Source: Macrostomum hystrix
Taxonomy: Eukaryota; Animalia; Platyhelminthes
Assembly: GCA_950097015.1 (NCBI GenBank)
Contig: CATNEN010000010.1
Span: 806,001 to 870,000, forward strand
DNA: 64,000 bases
Direction of reading: 5' to 3'
The notes below the pieces were generated by a model. The model was not told where the DNA came from and ran no database searches. It was given only the letters and a program-made list of their open reading frames with translations. The translations under genes and the position numbers were made by a program. Shown piece after piece: positions 12,366 through 24,124 of the stretch (positions are counted from its first letter, which is position 1; every line of letters begins with the position of its first letter).

Positions 12366-15300
12366 ATGGACAGAGTGACCTTGGGTAAGATGTGAGCTTG
12401 TGTGCGTGCGGGCGTGAATGTCTGCTTGAGCATGTGTGAGTGTGTGTGAGTGTGTGTGAGTGAGTGTGAGTGTGTGTGTGTGAGTGTGTGTGAGTGTGTG
12501 AGAGTGTGTGTGTGTGAGAGTGTGTGTGTGTGAGTGTGTGAGAGTGTGTGTGTGTGAGAGTGTGAGAGTGTGTGTGTGTGAGTGTGTGTGTGTGAGTGTG
12601 TGAGAGTGTGTGTGTGAGTGTGTGTGAGTGAGTGTGAGTGAGTGTGAGTGTGTGAGAGTGTGTGTGTGTGAGTGTGTGAGAGTGTGTGTGTGTGAGAGTG
12701 TGAGAGTGTGTGTGTGTGAGTGTGTGTGTGTGAGTGTGTGAGAGTGTGTGTGTGTGAGTGTGAGTGTGTGTGTGTGAGTGTGTGAGAGTGTGTGTGTGAG
12801 TGTGTGAGTGTGAGTGTGTGTGAGTGTGTGTGTGTGAGTGTGAGTGTGTGTGTGTGAGTGTGTGAGTGTGAGTGTGAGTGTGTGTGAGTGTGTGAGTGTG
12901 AGTGTGTGAGTGTGAGTGTGTGAGTGTGTGTGAGTGTGTGTGTGTGAGTGTGTGAGTGTGAGTGTGTGAGTGTGTGTGAGTGTGTGTGTGTGAGTGTGTG
13001 AGTGTGTGTGTGTGTGAGTGTGAGTGTGTGAGTGTGAGTGTGTGAGTGTGTGTGAGTGTGTGAGTGTGTGTGTGTGAGTGTGTGAGTGTGAGTGTGTGTG
13101 AGTGTGTGTGTGTGAGTGTGAGTGTGTGTGTGTGAGTGTGTGAGAGTGTGTGTGTGTGAGTGTGAGTGTGTGAGAGTGTGTGTGTGTGAGTGTGAGTGTG
13201 TGTGTGTGAGTGTGTGAGTGTGTGTGAGTGTGAGTGTGTGTGAGTGTGTGTGTGTGTGAGTGTGTGTGAGTGTGTGTGTGTGAGTGTGTGTGAGTGTGTG
13301 TGAGTGTGTGTGAGTGTGTGTGAGTGTGTGTGAGTGTGTGTGAGTGTGTGTGTGTGAGTGTGTGAGTGTGTGTGTGTGTGAGTGTGAGTGTGTGTGTGTG
13401 AGTGTGTGTGAGTGTGAGTGTGTGAGTGTGTGTGAGTGTGAGTGTGAGTGTGTGAGTGTGAGTGTGTGAGTGTGTGAGTGTGTGTGAGTGTGTGAGTGTG
13501 TGTGCGTGAGTGTGTGTGAGTGTGAGTGTGTGAGTGTGTGTGAGTGTGAGTGTGAGTGTGTGAGTGTGTGTGTGTGAGTGTGTGAGTGTGAGTGTGTGAG
13601 TGTGTGTGTGTGAGTGTGAGTGTGTGTGTGTGAGTGTGTGAGTGTGTGTGTGTGAGTGTGTGTGTGAGTGTGTGTGTGTTTGTGTGAGTGTGTGCATGGG
13701 ATATATTTTCTTCGAATGTGTTCTGTATACCTTGCTGCTATATTACAAAAGTGCTATCTAACGATATTAGAGTTTAACTTGTCAGAAATCATTGAAACTC
13801 AATGGCTCCAGCATAGAAAATTAGTGCGAGAAATGAAGACACGCCCAGATTTGCAATTGGCAAGGTACAAGGCAGAGTGAAATTCTAATTTGAAAGCCAG
13901 GGCAAAGACAGTTTAAGACTTGCAAATCAGTGATTTTTCATGCCTAAAAACCCCAATTCTCGGTGGTCATGAGTTCGAACACTTGTACAATCCGAAAGAC
14001 TGCCCCCCGGGACCTTCAGGAGATCTGGGAATCTGCTTCAAGGCTGTGCCGCGGCCTGCCTTGCAACTCCAGGCATTTGAGTCGGAGCGAACTGAAAATT
14101 CGGGTCAGGGATTCCGGGCTGTGACGGGCGGCAGTAAAACCTGGGCGGCCCGGGGACCCCCCGGTTGCTAGCGGAGGAGAGCGGCCATGTGGAGGGGATC
14201 TCATCTGCTCCCATTCGCCCGCTCCCCTGTGTGGGCTGGCGGGGAGCTGCGGGATAAAGGACAAAGAGATACATGTGAGTGGGAAGAGCTCCGGCTGTCT
14301 TAGTTTCCTAGAAGTGCCGCGCCAAGAATGAGCGGCCAGCGGCTGTTTCAGCTGCCCTCCTCCGGCCAGGCGGCCGTCTTCGCCTCGAACCTTCGGCGCA
14401 GCGTCACGGACATCGGCGACTCGGTTGTCGGCTTTCTCAACCGCATTGGCAGGGGCGACGAGTTTCCAGGTGGCCTGGTGAGCAGAACTGGAGCTGCGCC
14501 AGTGTCAGTGCCATCTAGCCATGCCAGTGTGCCAGTGACATGTCATCTAGCTGTGCCAGTGTGCCGGTGACATGTCATCTAGCCATGCCATTCTGCCAGT
14601 GACATGCCATCTAGCTGTGCCAGTGTGCCAGCTACATGTCATCTAGCTGTGCCAGTGTGTCAGTGACATGCCATCTAGCTGTGCCAGTGTGCCAGCTACA
14701 TGTCATCTAGCTGTGCCAGTGTGTCAGTGACATGTCATCTAGCTGTGCCAGTGTGCCAGTGACATGTCATCTAGCTGTGCCAGTGACATGTCATCTAGCT
14801 GTGCCAGTGACATGCCATCTAGCTGTGCCAGTGTGCCAGTGACATGTCATCTAGCTGTGCCAGTGTGTCAGTGACATGTCATCTAGCTGTGCCAGTGTGC
14901 CAGTGACATGTCATCTAGCTGTGCCAGTGACATGTCATCTAGCTGTGCCAGTGACATGTCATCTAGCTGTGCCAGTGTGCCAGTGTCATGTCATCTAGCC
15001 ATGCCATTCTGCCAGTGACATGTCATCTAGCTAAGCCAGTGTGCCAGTGACATGTCATCTAGCTGTGCCAGTGTGTCAGTGACATGTCATCTAGCTGTGC
15101 CAGTGTGCCAGTGACATGTCATCTAGCTGTGCCAGTGACATGTCATCTAGCTGTGCCAGTGACATGTCATCTAGCTGTGCCAGTGTGCCAGTGTCATGTC
15201 ATCTAGCCATGCCATTCTGCCAGTGACATGTCATCTAGCTAAGCCAGTGTGCCAGTGACATGTCATCTAGCTGTGCCAGTGTGCCAGTGACATGCCATCT

Positions 15301-18300
15301 AGCTGTGCCAGTGTGCCACAGTGACATGTCATCTAGCTGTGCCAGTGTGCCAGTGACATGCCATCTAGCTGTGCCAGTGTGCCAGCTACATGTCATCTAG
15401 CTGTGCCAGTGTGCCGGTGACATGTCATCTAGCCATGCCATTCTGCCAGTGACATGCCATCTAGCTGTGCCAGTGTTCCAGTGACATTCTGAACAGTGCA
15501 ATCAAGCATTACATACATCATTTTCAGTGCAGTGTTTGAGACTGACAGCTCAAATGCGGCAGCTGATCGATGGCGGATTCGAGAGCCTGTTGGCTTCATT
15601 TTTCACTTTGCACCCGTCCGTCCCGATCCCCTGTTAGGAAAATAAATCACTGCCAGACAATGAGCTCGAGCGACTGGGTTCATTTGCTGCTCTGGCAAAT
15701 TTGAATTGCACTTTTACGACCGATTCTGGAACCTCAGGTCATGTGCTGTATGACCGATTGTAGATGCTGAAGTCATGTGCTGTATGACCGATTATGGATG
15801 CTGAAGTCATGTGCTGTATGAACGATTCTGGATGCTGAAGTCATGTGCTCTATGACCGATTCTGGATGCTGAAGTCATGTGCTCTATGAACGATTCTGGA
15901 TGCTGTAGTCATGTGCTCTATGACCAATTCTGGATGTTGAAGTCATGTGCTCTATGACCAATTCTGGATGCTGAAGTCATGTGCTCTATGACCAATTGTG
16001 GATGCTGAAGTCATGTGCTCTATGACCGATTCTGGATGCTGAAGTCATGTGCTCTATGACCAATTGTGGATGCTGAAGTCATGTGCTCTATGACCAATTG
16101 TGGATGCTGAAGTCATGTGCTCTATGAACGATTCTGGATGCTGAAGTCATGTGCTCTATGACCGATTCTGGATGCTGAAGTCATGTGCTCTATGACCAAT
16201 TCTGGATGCTGAAGTCATGTGCTCTATGACCAATTCTGGATGCTGAAGTCATGTGCTCTATGACTGATTCTGGATGCTGAAGTCATGTGCTCTATGAACG
16301 ATTCTGGATGCTGTAGTCATGTGCTCTATGACCAATTCTGGATGTTGAAGTCATGTGCTCTATGACCAATTCTGGATGCTGAAGTCATGTGCTCTATGAC
16401 CAATTGTGGATGCTGAAGTCATGTGCTCTATGACCGATTCTGGATGCTGAAGTCATGTGCTCTATGACCAATTGTGGATGCTGAAGTCATGTGCTCTATG
16501 ACCAATTGTGGATGCTGAAGTCATGTGCTCTATGAACGATTCTGGATGCTGAAGTCATGTGCTCTATGACCGATTCTGGATGCTGAAGTCATGTGCTCTA
16601 TGACCAATTCTGGATGCTGAAGTCATGTGCTCTATGACCAATTCTGGATGCTGAAGTCATGTGCTCTATGACCAATTGTGGATGCTGAAGTCATGTGCTC
16701 TATGAACGATTCTGGATGCTGAAGTCATGTGCTCTATGACCGATTCTGGATGCTGAAGTCATGTGCTCTATGACCAATTCTGGATGCTGAAGTCATGTGC
16801 TCTATGACCAATTGTGGATGCTGAAGTCATGTGCTCTATGAACGATTCTGGATGCTGAAGTCATGTGCTCTATGACCGATTCTGGATGCTGAAGTCATGT
16901 GCTCTATGACCGATTCTGGATGCTGAAGTCATGTGCTCTATGAACGATTCTGGATGCTGAAGTCATGTGCTCTATGACCGATTCTGGATGCTGAAGTCAT
17001 GTGCTCTATGACCGATTCTGGATGCTGAAGTCATGTGCTCTATGAACGATTCTGGATGCTGAAGTCATGTGCTGCATGAATTATTCGATAAGCTGTCACT
17101 GTACACTGCTTGTGTTATTACACAGGCATCCCACGATACATTTGTAGCGGGCGTGACTCCACTGGCCCCTAATCCCAACTTCTACGCAATCTGGGAGCCT
17201 CAGGTTGAGGCGCGGATCAGTTCCCTCTAAACAAGGGCCTGCCATGGGGGGTCAGATGTCAGTCTCGGCGCTCGCTAGAGGCCCAGCTTAATCCCTATCG
17301 GCTCCGGTTACATGATAAGCCTGAAATGCACAACGCTGATAGCGGCTTTTATAGCTCGTAGAGCCGACAGCGAGAAGATCTTGGCTGGCCAATATTGCAG
17401 GCATCTATGAAGGCCTTATCGATGCGGGCGGACACTGACTGGCTTGAGCAATCGGAGGTACTCATGGAGCCTTAATTAGGCTCCCTCTCTCCCCATCTAT
17501 TCCCTGCTCCCTCTCTCCCTATCTCTTCCCTTCTCTTCCCATCTCTTCCCAACTATTCCTATCTCTTCCTATCTCTTCCCATCTCCATCTCTTCCCATCT
17601 CTTCCTATCTCCATCTCTCCCCATCTCTTCCCATCTCTTCCTATCTCCATCTCTCCCCATCTCTTCCCATCCCCATCTCTTCTATCTCTCCCCATCTCTT
17701 CCTATCTCCATCTCTTCCCATCTCCATCTCTTCTATCTCTTCCCATCTCCATCTCTTCTATCTCTTCCCATCTCCATCTCTTCTATCTCTTCCCATCTCC
17801 ATCTCTTCCCATCTCTTCCTATCCCCATCTCTCCCCATCTCTTCCCATCCCCATCTCTTCTATCTCTCCCCATCTCTTCCATCTCTCCCCATCTCTTCCC
17901 ATCCCTATCTCTTCTATCTCTTCCTATCTCCATCTCTCCCCATCTCTTCCCATCCCCATCTCTTCTATCTCTTCCTATCTCCAACTCTTCCCATCTCTTC
18001 CCATCTCTTCCTATCCCCATCTCTCCCCATCTCTTCCCATCTCCATCTCTTCCATCTCTTCCTATCTCCATCTCTTCTCATCTCCCTGTCTTCGCATCTC
18101 TTCCCATCTCTTCCCATCCCTTCCTTCCCTTCCCATCCCTTCCCCTCTCTTCCCCTCTCTTCCCATCTCCCTCTGTTCCCACGTACTTGAAAGCGAATTA
18201 ATATTTTTAAGTTACATGAATTGGCAGTGAGGGCTCAGAATCAATAATTGATCTAAGTGATTAACTTTCTTCCCCGCCACAATCGCTTTGGCAGCCGTAC

Positions 18301-21300
18301 CATCCGAAGACCAAGGAAGACCGGGAGCAGCTGCGCGACTCACTGAAGCGGGTCGCCTTCCTGCAGGAGCTGGACGAGGAGGATCTGCGCAGAGTTGTTG
18401 ACGCCATGTTTGAGCGGCGGGTGCAGCCCAGTGAGTGACAGGTGACTGCGGACCGGTGGGTGGAGTGACAGGTGACTGCGGACCGGTGGGTAGAGTGACA
18501 AGCGACTGCGGACCGGTGGGTAGAGTGACAGGCGACTGCGGACCGGTGGGTTGAGTGACAGGCGACTGCGGACCGGTGGGTAGAGTGACAGGTGACTGCG
18601 GACCGGTGGGTAGAGTGACAGGCGACTGCGGACCGGTGGGTAGAGTGACAGGCGACTGCGGACCGGTGGGTAGAGTGACAGGCGACTGCGGACCGGTGGG
18701 TGGAGTGGCTGGTGACTACGGACCGGTGGGTAGAGTGACAGGTGACTGCGGACCGGTGGGTAGAGTGACAGGCGACTGCGGACCGGTGGGTAGAGTGACA
18801 GGCGACTGCGGACCGGTGGGTTGAGTGACAGGCGACTGCGGACCGGTGGGTTGAGTGACAGGCGACTGCGGACCGGTGGGTTGAGTGACAGGCGACTGCG
18901 GAACGGTGGGTTGAGTGACAGGATAAGAGTGACAGGATTGATGCACTGAGTGCCAAGGTAGAACGAATACGCTCGTAAAGGACAAAAACTGCGAGTGACA
19001 GTCAGGAGTACCAGATGAATCACTAAAAACTGCCGAGTGACAGTCAGGAGTACCAGATGAATCACTAAAAACTGCCGAGTGACAGTCAGGAGTACCAGAT
19101 GAATCACTAGAAACTGCCGAATGACAGTCAGGCATGCCAGATTTGGTGGAGGCAATTTGGAACTGAAAAAGATAGGAAAAGTGGGGAAAATAGATGGATG
19201 TTGAAAGAAGCAAGGGACCGGGTATGGAGAGGGCGGCGAGGGCATTGATTTCCAGATTAGGCAACTCGCGCCGCGGCTCAGGCGGAGTGGGGTTGGTGTC
19301 AGGTCGCGGCGCGGCGGATTCCTGAGAGAAAAAACCACTACGGCGAGTGAAATCGCTGGGAAATCTCAGAGAAATCGATGCCGGAAACACGGGACGGAGG
19401 GCGCAGTGGCGGAGGAAAGGCGGGCCGAATAAAAGAAGAAATCAAGAGCCGATGATGAGTGCGGGTTCCGCATTAGGCGGACAGGCAAAAGGGCAAAGGG
19501 GGGTCACCTAGGGGACTGCCCCACCCCGAAATCCCCGGCTCCTCCCTCGGGGGGGGGGTGAGGCGCCAAATACTATTTTAGGGGAAAATCAAATTCCCGA
19601 ATGGTCTTCCTCGAAATCCCTTTGGGCGGTAAAAGTCTCTGCCCGCCATCCCTATGAAGACATGGACAGCCTTGAATCTCCCGAGAAATAATTGGCTGCT
19701 TCCCTTTTTATTTAATCCTATAGTTAGCGAACCGTTTTACAGTTCTATGCCCGAGTGTAAGCCCGTGGCACGAGATGACTGCATGAAATGGAAAAACATG
19801 AAAACATTGCTGCACTAAATCCAACCTGAAGCCTCACTAAATCCAACCTGAAACCACACTATATTCATCCTGAAACCTAACTTAATCCAACCTGAAGCCT
19901 CACTAAATTCATCCTGAAACCTCACTAAATTCAACCTGAAGCCTCACTAAATTCAACCTGAAACCACACTATATTCATCTTGAAACCTCACTTAATCCAA
20001 CCTGAAGCCTCACTAAATCCAACCTGAAGCCTCACTAAATTCATCCTGAAACCTCACTAAATTCAACCTGAAGCCTCACTAAATTCAACCTGAAACCACA
20101 CTATATTCATCTTGAAACCTCACTTAATCCAACCTGAAGCCTCACTAAATTCAACCTGAAGCCTCACTAAATTCATCCTGAAACCTCAATAAAACCAACC
20201 TGAAGCCTCACAAAATCCAACCTGAAGCCCCACTAAATCCAACCTGAAGCCTCACTAAATTTGACCTGAAGCCTCACTAAATTCATTCTGAAACCTCACT
20301 AAATCCAACCTGAAGCCTCACTAAATCCAACCTGAAACCTCACTAAATCCAACCTGAAGCCTCACTAAATTCAACCTGAAACCTCACTAAATTCATTCTG
20401 AAACCTCACTAAATCCAACCTGAAGCCTCACTAAATCCAAACTGAAGCCCAAACATATCCAACCTGAAGCCCCACCAAATCCAACCTGAAGGCCCACCAA
20501 ATCCAACCTGAAGCCCCACCAAATCCATCATGAAGCCTACCTGAATTCAACCCGAAGCATCGCTAAATCCTGAAGCCACCACAAATCCGATCCCCCCAGA
20601 CGAGATGGTGATTCGCCAAGGAGAGGACGGCGACAATTTCTACGTGATCCGCAGCGGCTGCTACCAGGTGATTATCGAGGCCACCCAGGCTGACGGCGAG
20701 GTGCGCATCGTTCACCAGTTCCGCGACAGCGGCAGCTTCGGCGAGCTGGCGCTGCTGCACAATCAGCCCCGGTCGGCCACCGTGAAGGCCATCTCGCCCG
20801 GCGCACTGTGGGCCATGGATCGGCGCGCGTTTCGCGCCATCGTCCTTCCGGCCGACCAGCGGAGGAGGCGAGAGTTCGCCGAGCTTCTGGAGGGCGCGCC
20901 GTCGCTGGCCGGCCTCACCGACGAGGAGATGCGGCTGGCCGCAGAGGCGCTGCGACCGCGCACCTTCGCGCACCTGCAGGTGACCGGAGTTCAGGGATTT
21001 GGGGATTAAAGAGTTGAATTAAGGGATTTAGGATTTAGGTTAAGGGATTTAGGATTTTGATTACGGGATACAGGATTTGGAGTAAGGTATAAATTAGGGC
21101 AGGAGTGGGGCATTAGGAACCAAATGAAGGGATTTAGCATCAGGTACAAGGGAATCAGGACTACGCCTCCGGCACCTCCAGGTGATAATAGCGGAGGGCG
21201 AGGAGCCGGACGGCATGCACTTCGTGCTGGATGGCGAGGCTGTGGTGACCCGGTCCGGGCGCGAGGTCGCCCGAGTCTCCCGCGGCGGCTACTTCGGCGA

Positions 21301-21460
21301 GGCCGCCCTGCTGGAGGGCCGCCGACGCACGGCGACTGTCGTGGCATCGGCCGCATCGCCCACTGACCGGGTGCGCACCGCCTTCCTGCCCAGGGAGTCC
21401 TTCGGCCTGCTGGCCTCGTGCCACAGCCTGCTGCGCCGTTCCATGGCCGGCTACGTCTAA
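12366..21460 (+). CDS. Divergent cAMP-dependent protein kinase regulatory-subunit-like protein with two cNMP-binding domains
   Basis: Firm exons: 18295-18430 (HPKTKEDREQL..VVDAMFER), 20600-20979 (VIRQGEDGDNFYVI..GSFGELALLHNQPRSATV) and 21182-21460 (GYFGEAALLEGRRRTATV, stop), all phase-compatible. Likely 5' exon 14312-14477 (alternative ATG at 14328). Tentative exons 12366-12384, 13786-13864 and 17126-17203. Full chain is 378 aa. Confidence 0.85.
12432..13695. repeat. (GT)n/(GA) compound microsatellite
   Basis: 1.26-kb GT/GAGT run just after donor GTAAGA at 12385. Confidence 0.97.
14490..15485. repeat. 24/32-bp minisatellite (..GTGCCAGTGACATGTCATCTAGCT..)
   Basis: Units carry the palindrome TGACATGTCA; array starts ~12 bp after donor 14478. 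Confidence 0.93.
15738..17078. repeat. 34-bp satellite (CTGGATGCTGAAGTCATGTGCTCTATGACCGATT)n with higher-order structure
   Basis: About 39 copies; period measured from the coordinates. Confidence 0.95.
17480..18175. repeat. CT-rich low-complexity repeat (CTCTTCCCAT-like)
   Basis: Pyrimidine tract ending ~120 bp before acceptor 18294. Confidence 0.9.
18431..18925. repeat. 30-bp minisatellite (GAGTGACAGGCGACTGCGGACCGGTGGGTA)n
   Basis: About 16 copies; the first unit overlaps the donor GTGAGT. Confidence 0.95.
18990..19135. repeat. 42-bp repeat, 3-4 copies (GAGTGACAGTCAGGAGTACCAGATGAATCACTAAAAACTGCC)
   Basis: Shares GAGTGACAG with the adjacent 30-bp unit. Confidence 0.85.
19812..20560. repeat. 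22-bp minisatellite (CACTAAATCCAACCTGAAGCCT)n
   Basis: About 33 degenerate copies running up to acceptor 20599. Confidence 0.92.
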
Positions 21461-21768
21461 CGCTGGGCGCTGCTCCCCACCCATCCATACCCATCCCAAC
21501 TCATCTCCATCTCCCCACCCACCCTATCTCCCTCTCCCCACCCCCGGGCGCGAGGTAGCCCGAGTCTCCCGCGGCGGCTACTTCGGCGAGGCCATCTCCC
21601 TCTCCCTCTCCCCCACCCATCTCCCTCTCCCCCACCCTATCTATCTCTCCCCTCACCCCATCTCCCTCTCCCCACCCACCCTCTTCCCTCCTCCCAACCC
21701 CCACTCTCAATATAGGGCTGTGTGGGTGTAGCAGGATTAGCAGGATTGCAAAACTCATTCATCTGTTG

Positions 21769-21782
21769 GTTGCCATGGCAAC
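21769..21782. promoter_or_regulatory. Perfect palindromic RFX X-box GTTGCCATGGCAAC
   Basis: Exact 14-bp match to the RFX/DAF-19 consensus; function untested. Confidence 0.5.
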
Positions 21783-22949
21783 GAAGAAAGACACTTTTCA
21801 CTGACTAAAGTTCACCCACAATGTCCTCTAATTGCACATTCGCAGGCGGAATTATTTTCAACGTAGCGAATTAGATTGGCCGGTCGGGCGACCAGAGTTA
21901 AACTAGTCTAAAGTCCAAGTCATTGCCGTGATAGTCTTGTCGTTATTCTTTTTTTTAGAAAATTAGAAAGTCCGCCGAGGTCAGAGAAAATTACCTTTGA
22001 GTCGGAGACTCAATAGAGACTCACTAAATTAGGCTGCTTGAGCAGACTCACACTAGAGGAATGGCCTTTTTAATTTAAATTCTTCGACTTGAAGACAACC
22101 CAGCCAGACTTGCACCCCAACAAGTGGCTTGCATCCCAGTCAGCTGTGGGGATAACCAGCACTGTGCTCCACTGCATTGTAGAAATATACAGATTTGTAG
22201 CTGCCCGTTTCCAAGGCGATAATCCAGTAGTTCAGATCGCATATACTCAGAGATCTAACCGATGCGTTTGCAATTTTCACATTTGCTTTCCTGAATTCGA
22301 ACCAGTTACCTTGAATTACGAGTACCAACAAAGGCTTGCGGTGGGTATATGAGAACAAAGGCCTTTGATATATTTAAATATTATGAAAGGACGCGTTTAA
22401 TTACACCCCTAAGTAGCAAAGCGGCATCAAAGGAACACAGCAATAAATCTCAGCTGGGTGAAATTTTCATTTCCGCAATTTCTCAAAGGCGTCCTTTGTG
22501 AGCAGCCGCTAGCAGTGGCTGGGCAGGCCGGCCTGCTAAAGTACATGCCCATCAATGAGCTGCTGGGCACAGCCTGTTGCGCTCCAGTGCCCGCCTACCT
22601 GAGCACACCTGAGCACATACAATCTGTCCCAGCTTCATCAGTGCCGCTTGGCCAGCAACTGAAGCAGCTGCCTCAAGCAGTCTGGGCTGGCAACGGCTGC
22701 CTTCTTCACGCCAGCACAGGGAGCCAGCCGTGCACGATTTCTCCCAGATTAGAAGAAGTGACAGAGATGGATGTGATTAAAACTGAGAGCCCGCCCCGTG
22801 GAGCCGCCGCGCTGAGTTCGCACCCGCGGGAAAGTCTCACGCCAGCTGCGTCACGCAAACTGGCCCCACACTTTGAGTGAGCCGCCACCGCTGCTGCTGC
22901 TGTTGCTGGTGATAACGGGATTATGAATTTTTCAGCTTGTTGAGTAAGT

Positions 22950-22990
22950 CCTTAGGGAATCGAACCCGGGCCTCCGTCCCTCCGTCACAC
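22950..22990 (-). other. tRNA T-arm/B-box-like fragment (SINE remnant)
   Basis: Minus strand reads GGAGGCCCGGGTTCGATTCC; no full cloverleaf. Confidence 0.4.
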
Positions 22991-23845
22991 TCGGGACTAA
23001 ACATGGGAAGTAGTGAAAGACTTAAAAAGCTCTGTCCGGCCCGGCTCAACCCCGCAACTCGACTTGATCGAGCAGTCCATTAGCAGCTGCGAGCGGCGGG
23101 CAGGGCGGCCCCATTTTAAAATCCAATCCAAGAGGATTTTTTCAGGAAAGAGAGAAGCAAAAGTGCACAAGTGCAAGCGAATTAGTGCAGTCTGTTTGAT
23201 GGTGGGCGAGGCAACAGCGTCTGCTATTCTTCAGCTCCCGGCGAGGGCTGGCGGTGCGGGCAGCGCTCTGAGATCATCGGACAGGGAAACGGAATTCGTC
23301 AGTGTGAGCCGGACTGAAGAGGACAGATCTGCTCTGGACCAGATGGCTTTCAGCACATTTCACAATGTACCAGACACTCGGGATAGTTAAGTGCGCAATG
23401 GCTCGGTAGTTGAACAAGGGGAATATCTTCCCTGCGGCCAAATACATGTTCATTTGAAGTTTTATCCTTCGGCTAGCCGAAATTCCTATTTGGGAGAACT
23501 CTAGCGAGCGGGGGAGTGGGGGATTATAGGGATGCGCGGAATTTCTATTTTTGGCCAAGTGCGAAAATAGGAGAAAATGAGGAATGCATTGAGCGACTAG
23601 AATTGGGAGAATCGAAAGCGGAAAATGGAGACTTGGGAATATTATCCCACTGACTCAGTTGTTCGTGTGCTTGAGCGAAATGATTCATTCATGATTCTGC
23701 GAAAGGAGTTTCCGTATTACCGGCCCGAAGACTGACTGCATCAGGGGACGCGTGCGCAAACTAAATTGGAGCTAGATGGCCCATGCACCTTATGGGTTTG
23801 GAACAGAATGCACTGTTGAGGCTGAGCACTGGGCATGGAGTGCTT

Positions 23846-24021
23846 AAAATGTGACAACGGAACTCCATTGTAAAAAGTGAAACTAGACCAATTCGCAGTT
23901 CAGAGCTGTCTGTGGGAGCCAGACTCAAGCTTTCAAAACTCATTCGTCCGCCTGTACGCGCCAGAGGTGACCGCCTCCACCGCTCCGTTGGTTGAAGCCT
24001 CCTCCGCTGTCGCCTCCATCG
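23846..24021. repeat. 176-bp direct duplicate of 26645..26820
   Basis: Identical except for one mismatch by eye. Confidence 0.92.
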
Positions 24022-24124
24022 AAACCTCAGAATAGTACGGCGTAATTTAGTGCTGCATGGAGTGCTCAGAATGTACCAAGTTGTTTCTGTACTAGTTGAG
24101 TGCAGAGCTACCAACAAATGGTTG

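Noticed and set aside
12324-13697. 457-aa His/Thr ORF
   Set aside because: Translation of the (GT)n intron repeat
21000-21140. TTAGG(G)-like repeats suggesting interstitial telomere
   Set aside because: Degenerate GGATTTA intronic repeat with no run of canonical telomeric units
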